Shown: positions 24,186-36,587, counted from the stretch's first letter. The stretch: 44,850 nucleotides of DNA from Octopus bimaculoides (GCF_001194135.2 NC_068982.1:158493461-158538310); one strand, 5' to 3'. The notes: generated by a model not told the origin, from the letters alone. Program-made: numbers and translations.

Positions 24186-25799
24186 ATTTATCATTATTAT
24201 CCGTTCTTGCAGTAACCTATTCAAGAGAGAAAGGAATTATGTTGAAATACAGCTGAATTTTTACCATAACTTCACGGTTACAACGTAAGAAATCAGAGGA
24301 AATAATGTTATTGTGTAAAATCAATATTATAATTCTGTTTGTTCCTTCGTTTCCGGGTTACGTTTGAGTTTGTTAGAGAGAGGATGAGGTGGTTTGAGAG
24401 TGACAGAGAGGGCGAAGAGTGAGAAACAGGGAGGGGGAGTGAGGTAGATGGTAGATAGACATTTCCACTAACCACGCTGTCACGCGGTTAGTGGAATAGA
24501 GAAATAAAGGCAAAGTTAAAGAGAATATTGCAAACGGTGTGAAGAGGGGAATTACATCGTTAAAAAGTTTAACGTTAGCAAAGGGACATTTAAAAATCAT
24601 GTAATATAGTATTTTGACTGGAAGTCAAATAACTTTTCGAAATAGTCACGAGTGTTATTGTTTTTTGGTTTTGTTTTTTGCAATGGAATTGCAACTAATC
24701 CTGTATATAAAACAATGGGTATATTCTCTATATGGTTTTGTGTACCTTAGTTCTATATAATGTAAAGTAATTATTAGTATTAGATAGAATTAAATACTAA
24801 AGAATGTTACGTGTAATAACTATTGTATCAGCAGTATTGTATATTCTTCTTTTGCACAAGCAACAATAACTTTCATGTGTAATAAAATTCAAATCATTTT
24901 TTTCTTTCTTATATAGTTCTTCTTAGTTCTTTTTGTTCCGTGGTATTTTCACAGGCCCCGGTAGTTTATATATTCTTCTTTCTGTCTGTTGTCAATGTGA
25001 AACCTTTAAATTTATTATATTTATTAATTTGTGGTTATCCAATCATGTCCACTTTTGCTCCCAGAATTTATGCCCTGTGTATTTTTATCGTTCTCTCCAT
25101 ATACAGAGTCCCAATGCTTTATTGAACATTAACGTTCTAGGCCTCTCCAGTTGGTTAATCAACGAACTGTTTGACGCAGCTTTGGTTTGAATATAAACTT
25201 CCCAATAAGTTTGAATTGGTGTCTTAAGGAAAAAAAAAAGAACTTCATGTCTATGGATAGACAGGAGGATCATTTGGTCACATTGATAATTAGTTTTGCA
25301 GATAGCTGTAAAAGTAGAAGTCTTATAAGTGCTAAATTGTTTCGTTAGTTTGGGGAACTGAGATTTATTATGAAGGAGCAATTTTCATTCTTTTGTATCT
25401 TCTCTTGTATGAAAATCTCAGACTAAGTTTCTTGGTATTTTTGATATATACATTATGGAATATCATGCATTTCGACAGCCTAAAGATCAATGGTGTTCTG
25501 CTCGTGGAGAAAATTTAGAGCGACTGAACAGTCGATTTAACAAAGTGATGGCAGCAGACAGGATGCACGAAGGAACGCATTTGACCAGATGGCGGATTTT
25601 TGTGAATTTTAAATTTATTTAAAAATACTACTTGATTGTTTAGTTAGTAGCATGTGCTTATTGCTTTTAATCAGGACCTTAAATACTGGATGGGATCTCT
25701 TCTATACATATACGGCTATGTCAATTACTGATGGCATTTAACCCAAAATGTTTAGAAGAACATGTCGCAGAGAGAAACGAAGCAATTTTTTTTTTTTTT

Positions 25800-26470
25800 T
25801 TTGAGGATATACAGAGAATTAAAACTTTCCTTCACTGAATCTTGGAACAAATATTATCAAAAACTGCGCATTGGGTTCTATATTAGAGAATAATTCCCTC
25901 AGAAATATCATCCTTAACACGGTGCAGCAAGACCAGAAGTATTATATTTCATTTATCTTTTCAAAGTTCGAAGCAGGTTGCTGCATGGTTTTCTTCTTGA
26001 GCAAAATCATTTGTATAATAATCTATCATAGATATTACTGAGGCAGGTTTGTGTTTGAGGTTGAAATCAACGTTAAGGTTTCTATATCCGGCAGTCTCTT
26101 TCGCTTTTGGCAGATGATATAATGAGTCACCAATATTTTCGTTCTTCTGTTTGTCACTAAGGAAACTTTTTAAGTACCAACATAATCTGAAATACTGAGG
26201 AGATCATATGTATTCATCAACAAATATTTTGCCACTTGCCTGCTAGTTTCAGTCGCGCTACGTCATCTGGTGGTTATGCAGCGAACTGAGAAATGTTTTC
26301 TAAAATATTCTGGAGAAATAGATGTCACTTGGAGTCTTGGAAAATTTAAATTCTCTACTTCCTTTTAATGTAGGTCAGCATCCAGCAAAGAGCATTTTTT
26401 TTAAAAGTGAAGAATGCTTTAGAATATGTTGGTACCTTTATTAATATTTCAATCACAGTTCCTGCAGCTA
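25800..26470 (-). mobile_element. Putative Penelope-like element remnant (endonuclease-tail-like sequence, hammerhead motif, ORF N-terminal-like frame)
   Basis: Minus strand: an ~80-codon open frame SPQYFRLCWYLKSFLSDKQKNENIGDSLYHLPKAKETAGY...EENHAATCFEL*, then LLVLLHRVKDDISEGIISLI*NPMRS, loosely like the PLE N-terminal HLxFLxRCxxxxIxPxGLxLKxP. Upstream, SLLDA-TYIKR...NLN loosely resembles the GIY-YIG tail ExxxI...LN. A hammerhead-like motif lies between them. Confidence 0.4.
26232..26273 (-). ncRNA. Degenerate hammerhead-like motif
   Basis: The minus strand reads CCACC-AGATGA-CGT-AGCGCG-ACT-GAAAC-TAGCA-GGC-AAGTGG, about four substitutions from CCACC-TGATGA-AGT...ACT-GAAAC...GTC-AGGTGG. Confidence 0.4.
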
Positions 26471-28914
26471 ATAGTGAATTAAATTAAAAGATTAACCCTA
26501 GAAAGAATCCATTTGAAATCATTCTCTAATTGCGTAAATGTTATACAAACGTATGCATTATAGATAAAGGTTTATATTGTATTTACATTATAAACAGGCA
26601 GGAGTTTCAGAATTTCGTGCAAATTCAATCTTATTTCTGCATCTATAACCTAAATTTAATTTAATTAACTATAAATTTAATAACATTTCTTTAACGTTCA
26701 GTTTAATTATGCTGAGGCTTTGCGTTCCATTTCTATGACAAAGTACATTTTTGCTTGATAACTACTGATGATATTCATGTAACATAAAACTGACGTTGTG
26801 CTGAAATCCCACATATGAATATAAGCATATTTGACAAAATGATATAATATGATATGACTGCTAGATAAACAATTATGTTTCTAATAACTGTAGATATCTC
26901 GCTGACACAAATCCTACCAATATGTCTCCATATACCATAGCAATTTATCTTTGATATCGAATATCTAAATATTCATCCTTCACTTAAATTTCCCTAAATG
27001 AGATGGGAAATTTCATACTCATATATCTATTCACACCATCTCATACTGTATAGAACTTCACATATACAAATGCATTTATGATTAACGTCATCTCTTTCCA
27101 ATATTGTTTCGCTTGGTGCCAAGCATCCGGCTTTAACCCTCAATCAATTGTAAGTTAATGTAAAGGTTAAACAGTTTTGATACTCTCATTCGAATTCTGC
27201 TTTACTGAACGATCAGTAGAGTTGAGCGTACAGAAGGAAAATGAGCTTAATTACAAAATATCTATAAATCATTAGCATGGTTAAGAAAGCGTAGCTCAAA
27301 ATATCCCTTAACCTTAGAGCGAAAACAACTAAAAGAATTTTGGCATGACACATTAGTTAAGTCCCTACGTAACCCCTGTAATATTTTCTCTAGATAACCA
27401 CAAGCACGTGCACACACATACTCATGTGTACATAATATAAACGTGTGTACGTGTGTGTGTATGTATGTATATACATTCGTATATGCATGCGTGTGTGCGT
27501 GCGTGTGCGCGCGTGTGCGTGTGAGTGTGTGTGCGTGTTGGTGTATGTATGTGTATTTATGTGCCTGCATATATATTGCTTCATTATTTCATATAGAAAG
27601 ATATTTATATCTGTATATTCATATACATACACACACACATGTATACTTCGTTTTTGACTCTCCTCAGACATTACATTATATATATATNNNNNNNNNNNNN
27701 NNNNNNNNNNNNNNNNNNNNNNNNNNNNNNNNNNNNNNNNNNNNNNNNNNNNNNNNNNNNNNNNNNNNNNNNNNNNNNNNNNNNNNNNNNNNNNNNNNNN
27801 NNNNNNNNNNNNNNNNNNNNNNNNNNNNNNNNNNNNNNNNNNNNNNNNNNNNNNNNNNNNNNNNNNNNNNNNNNNNNNNNNNNNNNNNNNNNNNNNNNNN
27901 NNNNNNNNNNNNNNNNNNNNNNNNNNNNNNNNNNNNNNNNNNNNNNNNNNNNNNNNNNNNNNNNNNNNNNNNNNNNNNNNNNNNNNNNNNNNNNNNNNNN
28001 NNNNNNNNNNNNNNNNNNNNNNNNNNNNNNNNNNNNNNNNNNNNNNNNNNNNNNNNNNNNNNNNNNNNNNNNNNNNNNNNNNNNNNNNNNNNNNNNNNNN
28101 NNNNNNNNNNNNNNNNNNNNNNNNNNNNNNNNNNNNNNNNNNNNNNNNNNNNNNNNNATATATATATATATATATACAGAAACATACACACATACGTGCG
28201 TGCCCGCACAAAGACACACACACATACACATATACATACATATGTGAAGGTGGGGGATAGTGAAATATAAGAACGTAAACGTTCCAGAATGAAATTGCTT
28301 CTGGCAGCTTCAATAGTTGCAACATCAAACAAAGGTTCACAGAAAATAGAGAGAAATGACAGTTGGCTATTCCACAGATTCTCGAAGTGAAAATTGGATT
28401 ATATGCATGAATTAGTGCCAAATACTTCGGAAATACTCTGTAGTTGATGAATCTTTCAACCCAATTATACTCTTATTTCTACATTGGCCAGTAAAAATAT
28501 GAAGATGAAGCATAGGTTTATACAAGGGCAACTTTACTTTAAATCGAATATACAATTCTGTAATTATTATGGTATAGTGTGTATAAGTTGAATGCACTTA
28601 CCGCTGTACCTACAGGAATTGATTACCTTTGCTTAATAGCACCTCACAACTGTCTAATGATGACACCCACCTATTTCTCCCCCTCTTTCTCCGCCTATCT
28701 CTCTCTTTCTCTATATCTCTCTCTTTCTCCATTTCTCTCTCCCGTCTCCCCCTTTCTCACTCACTCTCTATCTCACTCTCTCACTCTCTCACTTACTCTC
28801 TCTCTCTCTGTCTCACATCCTCTCTCTCTCACACACACACACACACATATATACACACAACTTCTTAACTCTTTACTCGTTGGCTTGTTTGAAATGGAGA
28901 GGTTTGCGACAATT

Positions 28915-31570
28915 TCCTTAATTGAAACATCTGATGTGTGGCACTGGGCGAATGAGCGGGTTTGATGCTGTTACCCTGAAGGTGTGTTCCCTACCCGAAG
29001 GTTGGGTCATCGGAAATCTTGACGGGAAGAGATCCAGTTTCATATTGAAAGGCTTTTCAGACATTTTGGAAGGATATTGAAGAGCCGCAGGCCCTTCAAA
29101 CCCAAGTAGTTTCAGAATCTGGTCCTCTATATGAATAATGATGTTGATATCTTCAGAAATGTGCAATGGCTCCCGTACTACTTTTACAGTAACTTTCAAT
29201 GCGGAAGTTTGGTGCAAGTTCGTCCAGAAGTTTCTAGATGTCTGTCACTGCATATCTGCCCCGCCTTCGCCCCGGAGAATAGATTCTCAACTTCTCCAGC
29301 CTTTCCCAGTAGCTGACGTTGCATTCAGATGATATTCCTTGTGTAGCTTTGAAAAACTGCTTCGATTTCTGGCAATTGTTTTATTGTCTACTGATAGTAG
29401 GGATAGTCGTTTAAGCAGCTGAGGTCATATGTCATCTAGAGGACCATCATAGTTTCATGTTTTCTCGTTCTGAAAGTTCGAAGTAGCCATCCAGACAGCC
29501 GTCTATATTTTATTGCCAAAGTAGTAATATACAACGCGAAAGATGCATCTGTACTTATGTCAATGCCCAGGAGGTGCACTGATTTTCACTCAGGGATTGG
29601 AACCTCCCCTGGGCCGGTGCATCCTATCTGTATTTCTGTCAGCTTTATGTGCTAGCAAAGCAGGGCTTGGAATTTTCCAGTATTAAACTTCATATTATTG
29701 TCTTCAGCCAAATTGTATACTGCATCTAATTCCCGCAGCTGTTGCGCAATATCTCCAGGGTTCTGTATCCTCAGAGAGATATTGTATATTCTGCATAGCT
29801 ATCATGGGTGGCAATCTGAACAGATGAAGGCATGTCTGAGAGAGCAAGTATGAAAAGCAGTGGCCCTCTTTCTATCTTTTATAAAGTCGCGTTGCCACTC
29901 TCCAGGTTTTCCGACTTTGCCGATGCATCGCAGCTTCTGACATGTCATATCGTGGTCAATATTACCAAAGCTTTCGCTCAGCCGAGAAATATCACGTCCA
30001 TATTTCTGTCGATGAGCAATTTATTTAAAACCCAGTCGTAGTTATGTGTGAGTTTCCTCAAGCAGCTTCTACTTAGTCGAAAACTATGCTTAGTGACAAT
30101 TTGCAAGTTAAATGTTGATGCAACCCAATCCGTTTTCTGTGAACTGTTCGCTCCATTACTTTGCTGATGTATGAGGTCACAAAGATAGGCCAATAATTTT
30201 CAACATCTGCTCTGCTCCGTGCTTTATGGCTAGAGCATATCGTTTCCTCATTGAATTTGCCTGTGTGCTTACAACTTGCAAGGAAGCTCTGATAAAGTGT
30301 TCGCTTACATGAATTCAAAATGATTCTTGTGACTCCATCTGGGCTAGCAGTTAAGTTTGCATCTACCTTATCTATGACTAGTCTTCTTGAATATCCATGT
30401 AATTAATTATTACCGCCTACTTGGTTACAGATGTAGTGGCAAAGACATATTGCAGTTATTTCATTTGCTGATATTCTAAAGAGTAGTGAAAACACTTTTG
30501 AACTAATCGCTCAGTATTTCACTTATCCTCATTGGGTTTCCTCTTAGGAAGCCGTCCTCATGGAGGGGTGGCCCTACCTTTCGCATACAGACTCCATTTC
30601 TTTGACAAAGTTAAAGAAAACGTAATAATTTTAGAAATAAGTCTTCTTTGTGCGCCCTATCTCTTCTTTGTGGGACTATTGCGGTCTATTCTCAATTTCC
30701 ATCGGAATTGTTTTCAAGCAGGTTTTCGCAACACTTTTGTGATGTTTGTTCAGGAATAAATAAAATCTTTGCTGTGCGTGCTGGGCTTGTGCACTGTGAT
30801 ACACTTGTCACACATGACTTGCATTATGGACATGAAATGTTTAAGTTTCGTCTCAATATCTGGTGTGGAGAGACATTTAAGTCAATCTTCATTGAGTATC
30901 TCTTTCTGAGTTGATTTCCAGTTTGCTTTATTAAAATTTAAACTGAGAGACATCGAGTGCTCCGTATACGATATGTGTCTGCAGCCCTTTTTGATCCATA
31001 AACGCCAGCTCAATTCTAGTCTTAGATCACTCGTGTCGGTGAAATTTTAACACTAACGGAGATATCCACATTCTCTCTAGTGCAGAGATCCAGTATAACA
31101 TATGTTCTGTTTGGCTAGAGCATAATTTGCTTTATGAAGGAATCTTTGGAAAAGTTGAGGAGAAACTCCGCTGTGCTTGTTGGTGCTATTTATGTCCGGA
31201 AGAAAATGAGGCCTTCGGTCCATACGACACCGGGAAAGTTGAAGTTACCGTCAAGGAATATGGTGATGTATTGTTCCACTTTGGGGAGAACTTGATTTTG
31301 CGAATCAGTCTTCAAACTTACCTTTGTAATCTGGAGTGTCTGGTGAATGATAAGTAATACATATAACAGTATCAAGATGTCTTGTGTGCCATATCCTGAA
31401 TTTCAACATAATAGCGGAACCTAGGGCTTGAGTTGATTATGGATGTATACCGCAACGCCACCGTGGCTCCTTTCTCTTCTCTCCGTTAGTATTACACCAT
31501 AATTGGATTTGTGTACTTCTGTATCCCATATATCAGAATTTACAAATCGTTTCCACAAGTGCTGTGCCTA
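28915..31570 (-). mobile_element. Decayed CR1/L2-type LINE ORF2 (APE endonuclease + RT)
   Basis: Motifs appear in the expected order on the minus strand: RRERSHGGVAVYI (31441-31480), LDGNFNFPGVVW (GDFN), QIML*PNRTYVILDL, NYWPIFVTSYISKVMER, DVIFLG*AKA, GPLLFILALSDMP, SYAEYT (YADDT), NNMKFNTGKFQAL, SYWERLEKLRIYS. Many stops and frameshifts. Confidence 0.92.
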
Positions 31571-31689
31571 AAGATTGACACACTCTCACACACACACGCA
31601 CAAATAAACACCCATATTCATATTATATTATATACGGCATATTATGATCCTAGTGGCAAGAGATTTTTCTTCCTGTTCAGAGAAATATT

Positions 31690-32150
31690 CTTGACTAAGC
31701 CAAGTTAAAATATTTATCAATTTCTCCGCCAATGTGTGATCTGTCTTGAATTATACATGAAGATGACAGCCTGCAGTATGAGAAGTTGTGAGGAAAAATT
31801 AATATAATTTGTGTGTGAAGTTTTGTTGGGATGGAACAGTTACATATTCGCTTAGTGGTAAAATTTAGGGTTAAATGAACCGTGTAAGACATGAGGAGAA
31901 AACACGTTGTCAAATTCTAATTGTTTAGTGTAGGTGAGATGCTGCTTAGATTTTCAGGCATATTACTGCTTTGAGTATTGAGTGCTAAAGTATAAGGGAA
32001 AGCACTCACATCTGTCATACGACTGTCAGCAGGATTTTCTCCGCAGTAATAATGCATATTTTCGTGTTATGTAAAACAAGTGTATACATGATGGTCGTAC
32101 TGAAGGAAGAGTTTGCTGTGAAGTTAAGTTAAACAAATACGTGTTCTGTT
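31690..32150 (-). mobile_element. Possible ORF1 remnant of the adjacent LINE
   Basis: A long, nearly open minus frame directly upstream of ORF2, with a frameshifted C-x-x-FHP reminiscent of ORF1 zinc-finger ends. Weak. Confidence 0.25.
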
Positions 32151-32204
32151 CAGTAGTATCGTTGGCTAATTTTAGGTAAAAAATAACTTAGCGATGAATA
32201 GTGA

Positions 32205-32305
32205 CTCTGATAAGCAGCTTTCTCCCCAACCACATAAGCCCCGGGCTCACCAAAGCGTTGTGAGTGGATTTGGAAGAGGGAAACTGAAAAAGATCCCTTC
32301 GTATA
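32205..32305 (+). mobile_element. Internally deleted SINE copy (family of 8222-8392)
   Basis: cagctttctccccaaccacat...accaaagcgttgtgagtggatttggaagagggaaactgaaaaagatcccttcgtat. Confidence 0.75.
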
Positions 32306-32451
32306 TGTATATGTATGTATGTGTGTGTGTTTCTATGTTTGTATGCCCGTGTGTGTATGTGTGCGTGCGCGTGTGTGCGTGTGTGTGTGGATACGTATGA
32401 GCGTATACGTGTGTAGATAGGTATGTGTGTACATGTGTGTACATATACGTA

Positions 32452-32514
<63 letters not shown>

Positions 32515-32559
32515 GTGTGTGTGTGTGTGCGGGTGTGTATGTGTATGGAATGCTAACAC

Positions 32560-32830
32560 AGGGAACAAAATTGACATGGCCAGTAGGACATGCTCATAGA
32601 TCTTCGGGACTTGTCAGTCTACAGACGCTCCTACCATTATGTTTCTCCTTTTATTCTTCACCGCACTTACCATGGATTATGTTGTCTCTTGTGGTCTCCC
32701 TACATGAAACAAAATCTAAAAATTGATGCACCCCAGAGATCGACCGCAAGAAAAAAATACACGACATGACAAATCTTGATTACAGTGATCGTCTCGAAAA
32801 ACTACAAGCATATTCCCTCCAACGCCACTT
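32560..32830 (+). mobile_element. CR1-type LINE 3' fragment, opposite orientation to the long copy
   Basis: Frames give ASRTCS*IFGTCQSTDAPTIM, LLWSPY...PQR and KIHDMTNLDYSDRLEKLQAYSLQR, matching the CR1 C-terminal WSP...QR...LxYxxRLxxLxLYSLQRR. Confidence 0.8.
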
Positions 32831-33059
32831 TTGGGATGCATGCTCAGGCGGTTCACAATCTTTGTCCGTGGTCATATACATATATACATATATATGTATG
32901 TGCGTGTGTGTGCTGAGGCCGGTACCTTAATACCATGAGAATTTCTTGGTGTTCTGTTATATGCAACATCTTCAGAAACACAATACTGGAAGGGGAAATA
33001 TTCCTGTGGGTTTGAATTTACATTTTTCTTTCTCGGGGCCTGACTACACATATCATATG

Positions 33060-33420
33060 TAGCTTGCTTACGCGCATGCTTTAGTATTACTACTGCACTG
33101 TTGTTGTCAAGATGTTGCTTCGCAGCGGGCTTGAATTGAAGAATTTCGAACGCGCAACTGTAAGGTAAGACATTTGTTTTTTGGGATTCAGTGGGGTTTG
33201 TTGTTTGTTGTCGATTTTCACTACTGAGTTCCGAGGCATTTGTCTGCCTATAGTCGCGCTGTCTCACTTAATTGCGTTGTTTTGGGGGCGTTTCCCGCCA
33301 GCCTCCAGTTTTGAAAAATTTCTGAAATCCTACCAATTTGTGGCGGATTTTTTTGAAGTCCTGTTCCTGCTGCTGTGTCCCCGTTGATTTTTGGAGTAAC
33401 TTTTGGCCAGGTTTACCAGG
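33060..33420. promoter_or_regulatory. CpG-rich segment with E2F-like and CHR-like motifs
   Basis: About 16 CpG in 360 bp; TTTCCCGCCA at 33291-33300; TTTGAA twice; CCAAT; TGGCGG 5 nt before TTTGAA (33341-33357); strong donor AAG|GTAAGA at 33164/33165. Confidence 0.3.
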
Positions 33421-34504
33421 TGGATACACTCTAAATGTTACTGAATAGCTACAATGAAAACTGCATGTCATATATAAATGATTTTTCTTTGTTTTTTTTG
33501 TATATCGTAAAATCTAAAGCTAATCAGGAGGAATATTATATTTCAATTTCACAGCGTTAAAAGTTAGACAACCAGCCTCAGCAACTGAGAAAATGTAGCC
33601 TTTCAATTGCAGTTCTTCCTCACAAGTAGTCTATCTAAATCTTATCAATTACCAAAGCACGAAACTCCAAGTAGCAAGGGGATGAATCATAAGTGGCATC
33701 TAGTATAGTAAAAAAAAAAAAAAAATCAGAAACAAGGAATTCTGTAGTCTTCATTCTCGACATACATTTACGTCTATTTATACAATAATGGAATTTTGAG
33801 GTATCAGTTACGTCAGAGTAAAATAAGGCTGCATTCTAGCGTGTGCATTAAACTATTTCATCGGTTTTCCAATAGAGTGTTCATTGGCACCATAATATCA
33901 TACAGTTCACATCTCCATTTTCGGTTAATAATAATTCTAATATCATAAAATCCCATTCTAGCCTTAATTGACAAGAACATCCCAACTAAACATAAATATA
34001 ATAAACTTATTTCACAGATGCTATATTCTCGTGCTAAAACACTAATGTATCCTTACGAAATGTGTCTAACACAGCAGAAACAGAGATTACCTCTATAAAT
34101 TGCAACCTAGATGTATAGAAACTCTGTATGAATTACCCTTTTATCATACATGTGTGATGGAAGGTTGTGATTAAAGGGAAGGTCAGTCTAAAGAGAAGTG
34201 ATTTTACAACCATATTTCGTAATCTGAATTCAATAATAAAATAGGAAGATAGAAATACGACAAATGTTACCAACTAGATCTGTCGATTAAGAGAACATGC
34301 ATCCAGTTCCAGCTTGAAATGTTACAATATTTAGTGATCAGATACTTAACAAAACGGAAATACGTGTCCTCTGTACTGCTGAGTAAAAAAAACCACAAAC
34401 ATTTGCAATAGTAAACATCTTTTTGAACAGCAAGTCAGCAATTTTTGCAATTGTAATTAGTGTGAGAAGCGTATCTTACGTACCTACTAGATCGTAAACC
34501 CTGA

Positions 34505-34790
34505 AAAGGGTAAAGGCCCCCTTCGGTTATGAATGACCATGGGATTGCACCGAGAAAATTCCCCTCCATGGCGCAAGTCCGGCAAGGTTGTTTATGGAAG
34601 ACTAGCAGCGGCCATACAGAACTGCCTCCTCTCTCCAGGTCACCGACGAAGGGAAACGCAAAGGCCGATACAGCTTGGTACCAGTGACGTCACACCTCAT
34701 TTCTACAGCTGAGTGAGCTGAAGCAACGTGAAATGAAGTGTCGTATCTTTCTCTAGAACACAACGCACAGCCAGCCGAATAAACTTATGT
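34505..34790 (-). mobile_element. SINE body and tail, head truncated
   Basis: aaaggcccccttcggttatgaatgaccatgggattgcacc...gccgatacagcttgg...ttctacagctgagtgagctgaagcaacgtgaaat...gaacacaacgcac, recognised as an abundant octopus SINE in reverse. Confidence 0.75.
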
Positions 34791-35362
34791 AAAAACACAT
34801 GCATACACTTTTACATACGCTGTATGTGCAATCTAAGTTTCGGACGACAAGTGTTGTGATATCGACTTGCTATATTGCTTTGGTGTAGTGGTTAACTTCA
34901 GCTTATTTTTATTTAGAGTAAACACAGCGTTTTCTACAACGTGGATTTCGAATTCAGAGGGCAAATATCCCAGTAAAGATTGATTTCTAAAAAACAGCCA
35001 AGTATGCTCACATTTGCCTTTATAGCGTGGGCTTTACAAGGAACCCACAGATGAAAACACGAGTTAATTGAGTTACATGAGAAAATATATAATCATTACT
35101 CACTTTTTGAAAAGAGCACTTTGTAGTTAGGAATAACTAACTGCTCTTTATCTGTATCAAGTGTGACGTGTTAGACAAAAGGGGCAGTGATTCCTAACTA
35201 CAGCATTAGAGACGCCATCTTTGAAAATGGTGAGCTTTTCGTTATGTGGCGTTTTTGTTTCAGTGAATATTCGTGAAACTTGAAATAACAAAATAATCAG
35301 GTGAATAAACCAATTATTCTCTATACAGTGTATTGACTTTTTCTCTTGCTCGTTTAAACAAG

Positions 35363-35378
35363 TGCAATTATATAAGCC

Positions 35379-35411
<33 letters not shown>

Positions 35412-35583
35412 GTATATATGTTCGTGTGTTTGTGTATGTATGTATATATGTATATATATATATGTACATATACATGTATGTATTCATATATGTATGTATA
35501 TATACTTATAGTGTGTGTATGTATGTATATATGTATGTATGTATGTATGTGCAGACGCACGTATATATATGCAATTATGTAAG

Positions 35584-35626
<43 letters not shown>

Positions 35627-35796
35627 GTATGTATGTTCGTGTGTTTGTGTATGTATGTATATATGTATATATATATATATATATATATGTACATATACAT
35701 GTATGTATTCATATATGTATATATACTTATAGTGTGTGTATGTATGTATCTATGTATATATGTATGTATGTATGTATGTGCAGACGCACGTATATA
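35363..35796. repeat. Tandem duplication (~207 and ~227 bp) of a compound microsatellite block
   Basis: The unique anchors gcaattatRtaagcc, gttcgtgtgtttg, tacttatagtg and gcagacgcacg each occur twice in the same order. Confidence 0.92.
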
Positions 35797-36548
35797 CGTC
35801 GTATGTGCATGCCATAGAAAATTAAGGTAATTCAGCACAATAAACATTTTGCAACATCTAGAATAAAAAATGCGCTCGGTCGAAATTATTTCTTTTACAC
35901 ACATAAAAATCTTGTACAGCTGCAACTAACCGAATTATGCATCTACTCAAATGCAGATTATTAAATTATTTTACATATTCCTATATATCTCATATTTTAT
36001 CGCAGTCCTGAATTTCGTATTTATATCTTATATCACAAGATTCTGATCACAACTGTAGAAATTCATCATATATGAATTTCTTCGTCTTGCTGTCAGAAAC
36101 ACTTTACGTATCTTGACGTTTTAATTCACATTTCGTTGTTTAATGAAATATATATGACCGGTGGCTATTGCAAGCAGAGAACTTAGGAAAATGAATTATA
36201 TAGAATTCAAAAATGCCTGAGGGGCAGCAAAACAGGAAATGAAATAGACAGGAAAGCGGATATTGACCACCAAATTCAGATTAGATTAAATCCCTTGAGC
36301 TTCAAGAAGAAACGTATTTAGCTGCATAATTATTGCAGTTATTGCCTATTTCTCCCATATATAAAAATTTACTCTTTTTTTTTACTGGTTTACATACTCT
36401 CATATACGCTTACATATAATTGCAAGTATGCATTTACAAAAAATATGTTCACATACATGCTCATAAACCCAGCATACACGTTCATCCCCACCACACACAC
36501 GTAGCCAGTTAGCTAGCTTCCAAGACAGATAGATAGATAGATAGATAT

Positions 36549-36587
<39 letters not shown>

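Noticed and set aside
25410-25622. ~70-codon plus frame (MEYHAFRQPKDQWCSARGENLERLNSRF...)
   Set aside because: No recognisable homology and weak splice signals.
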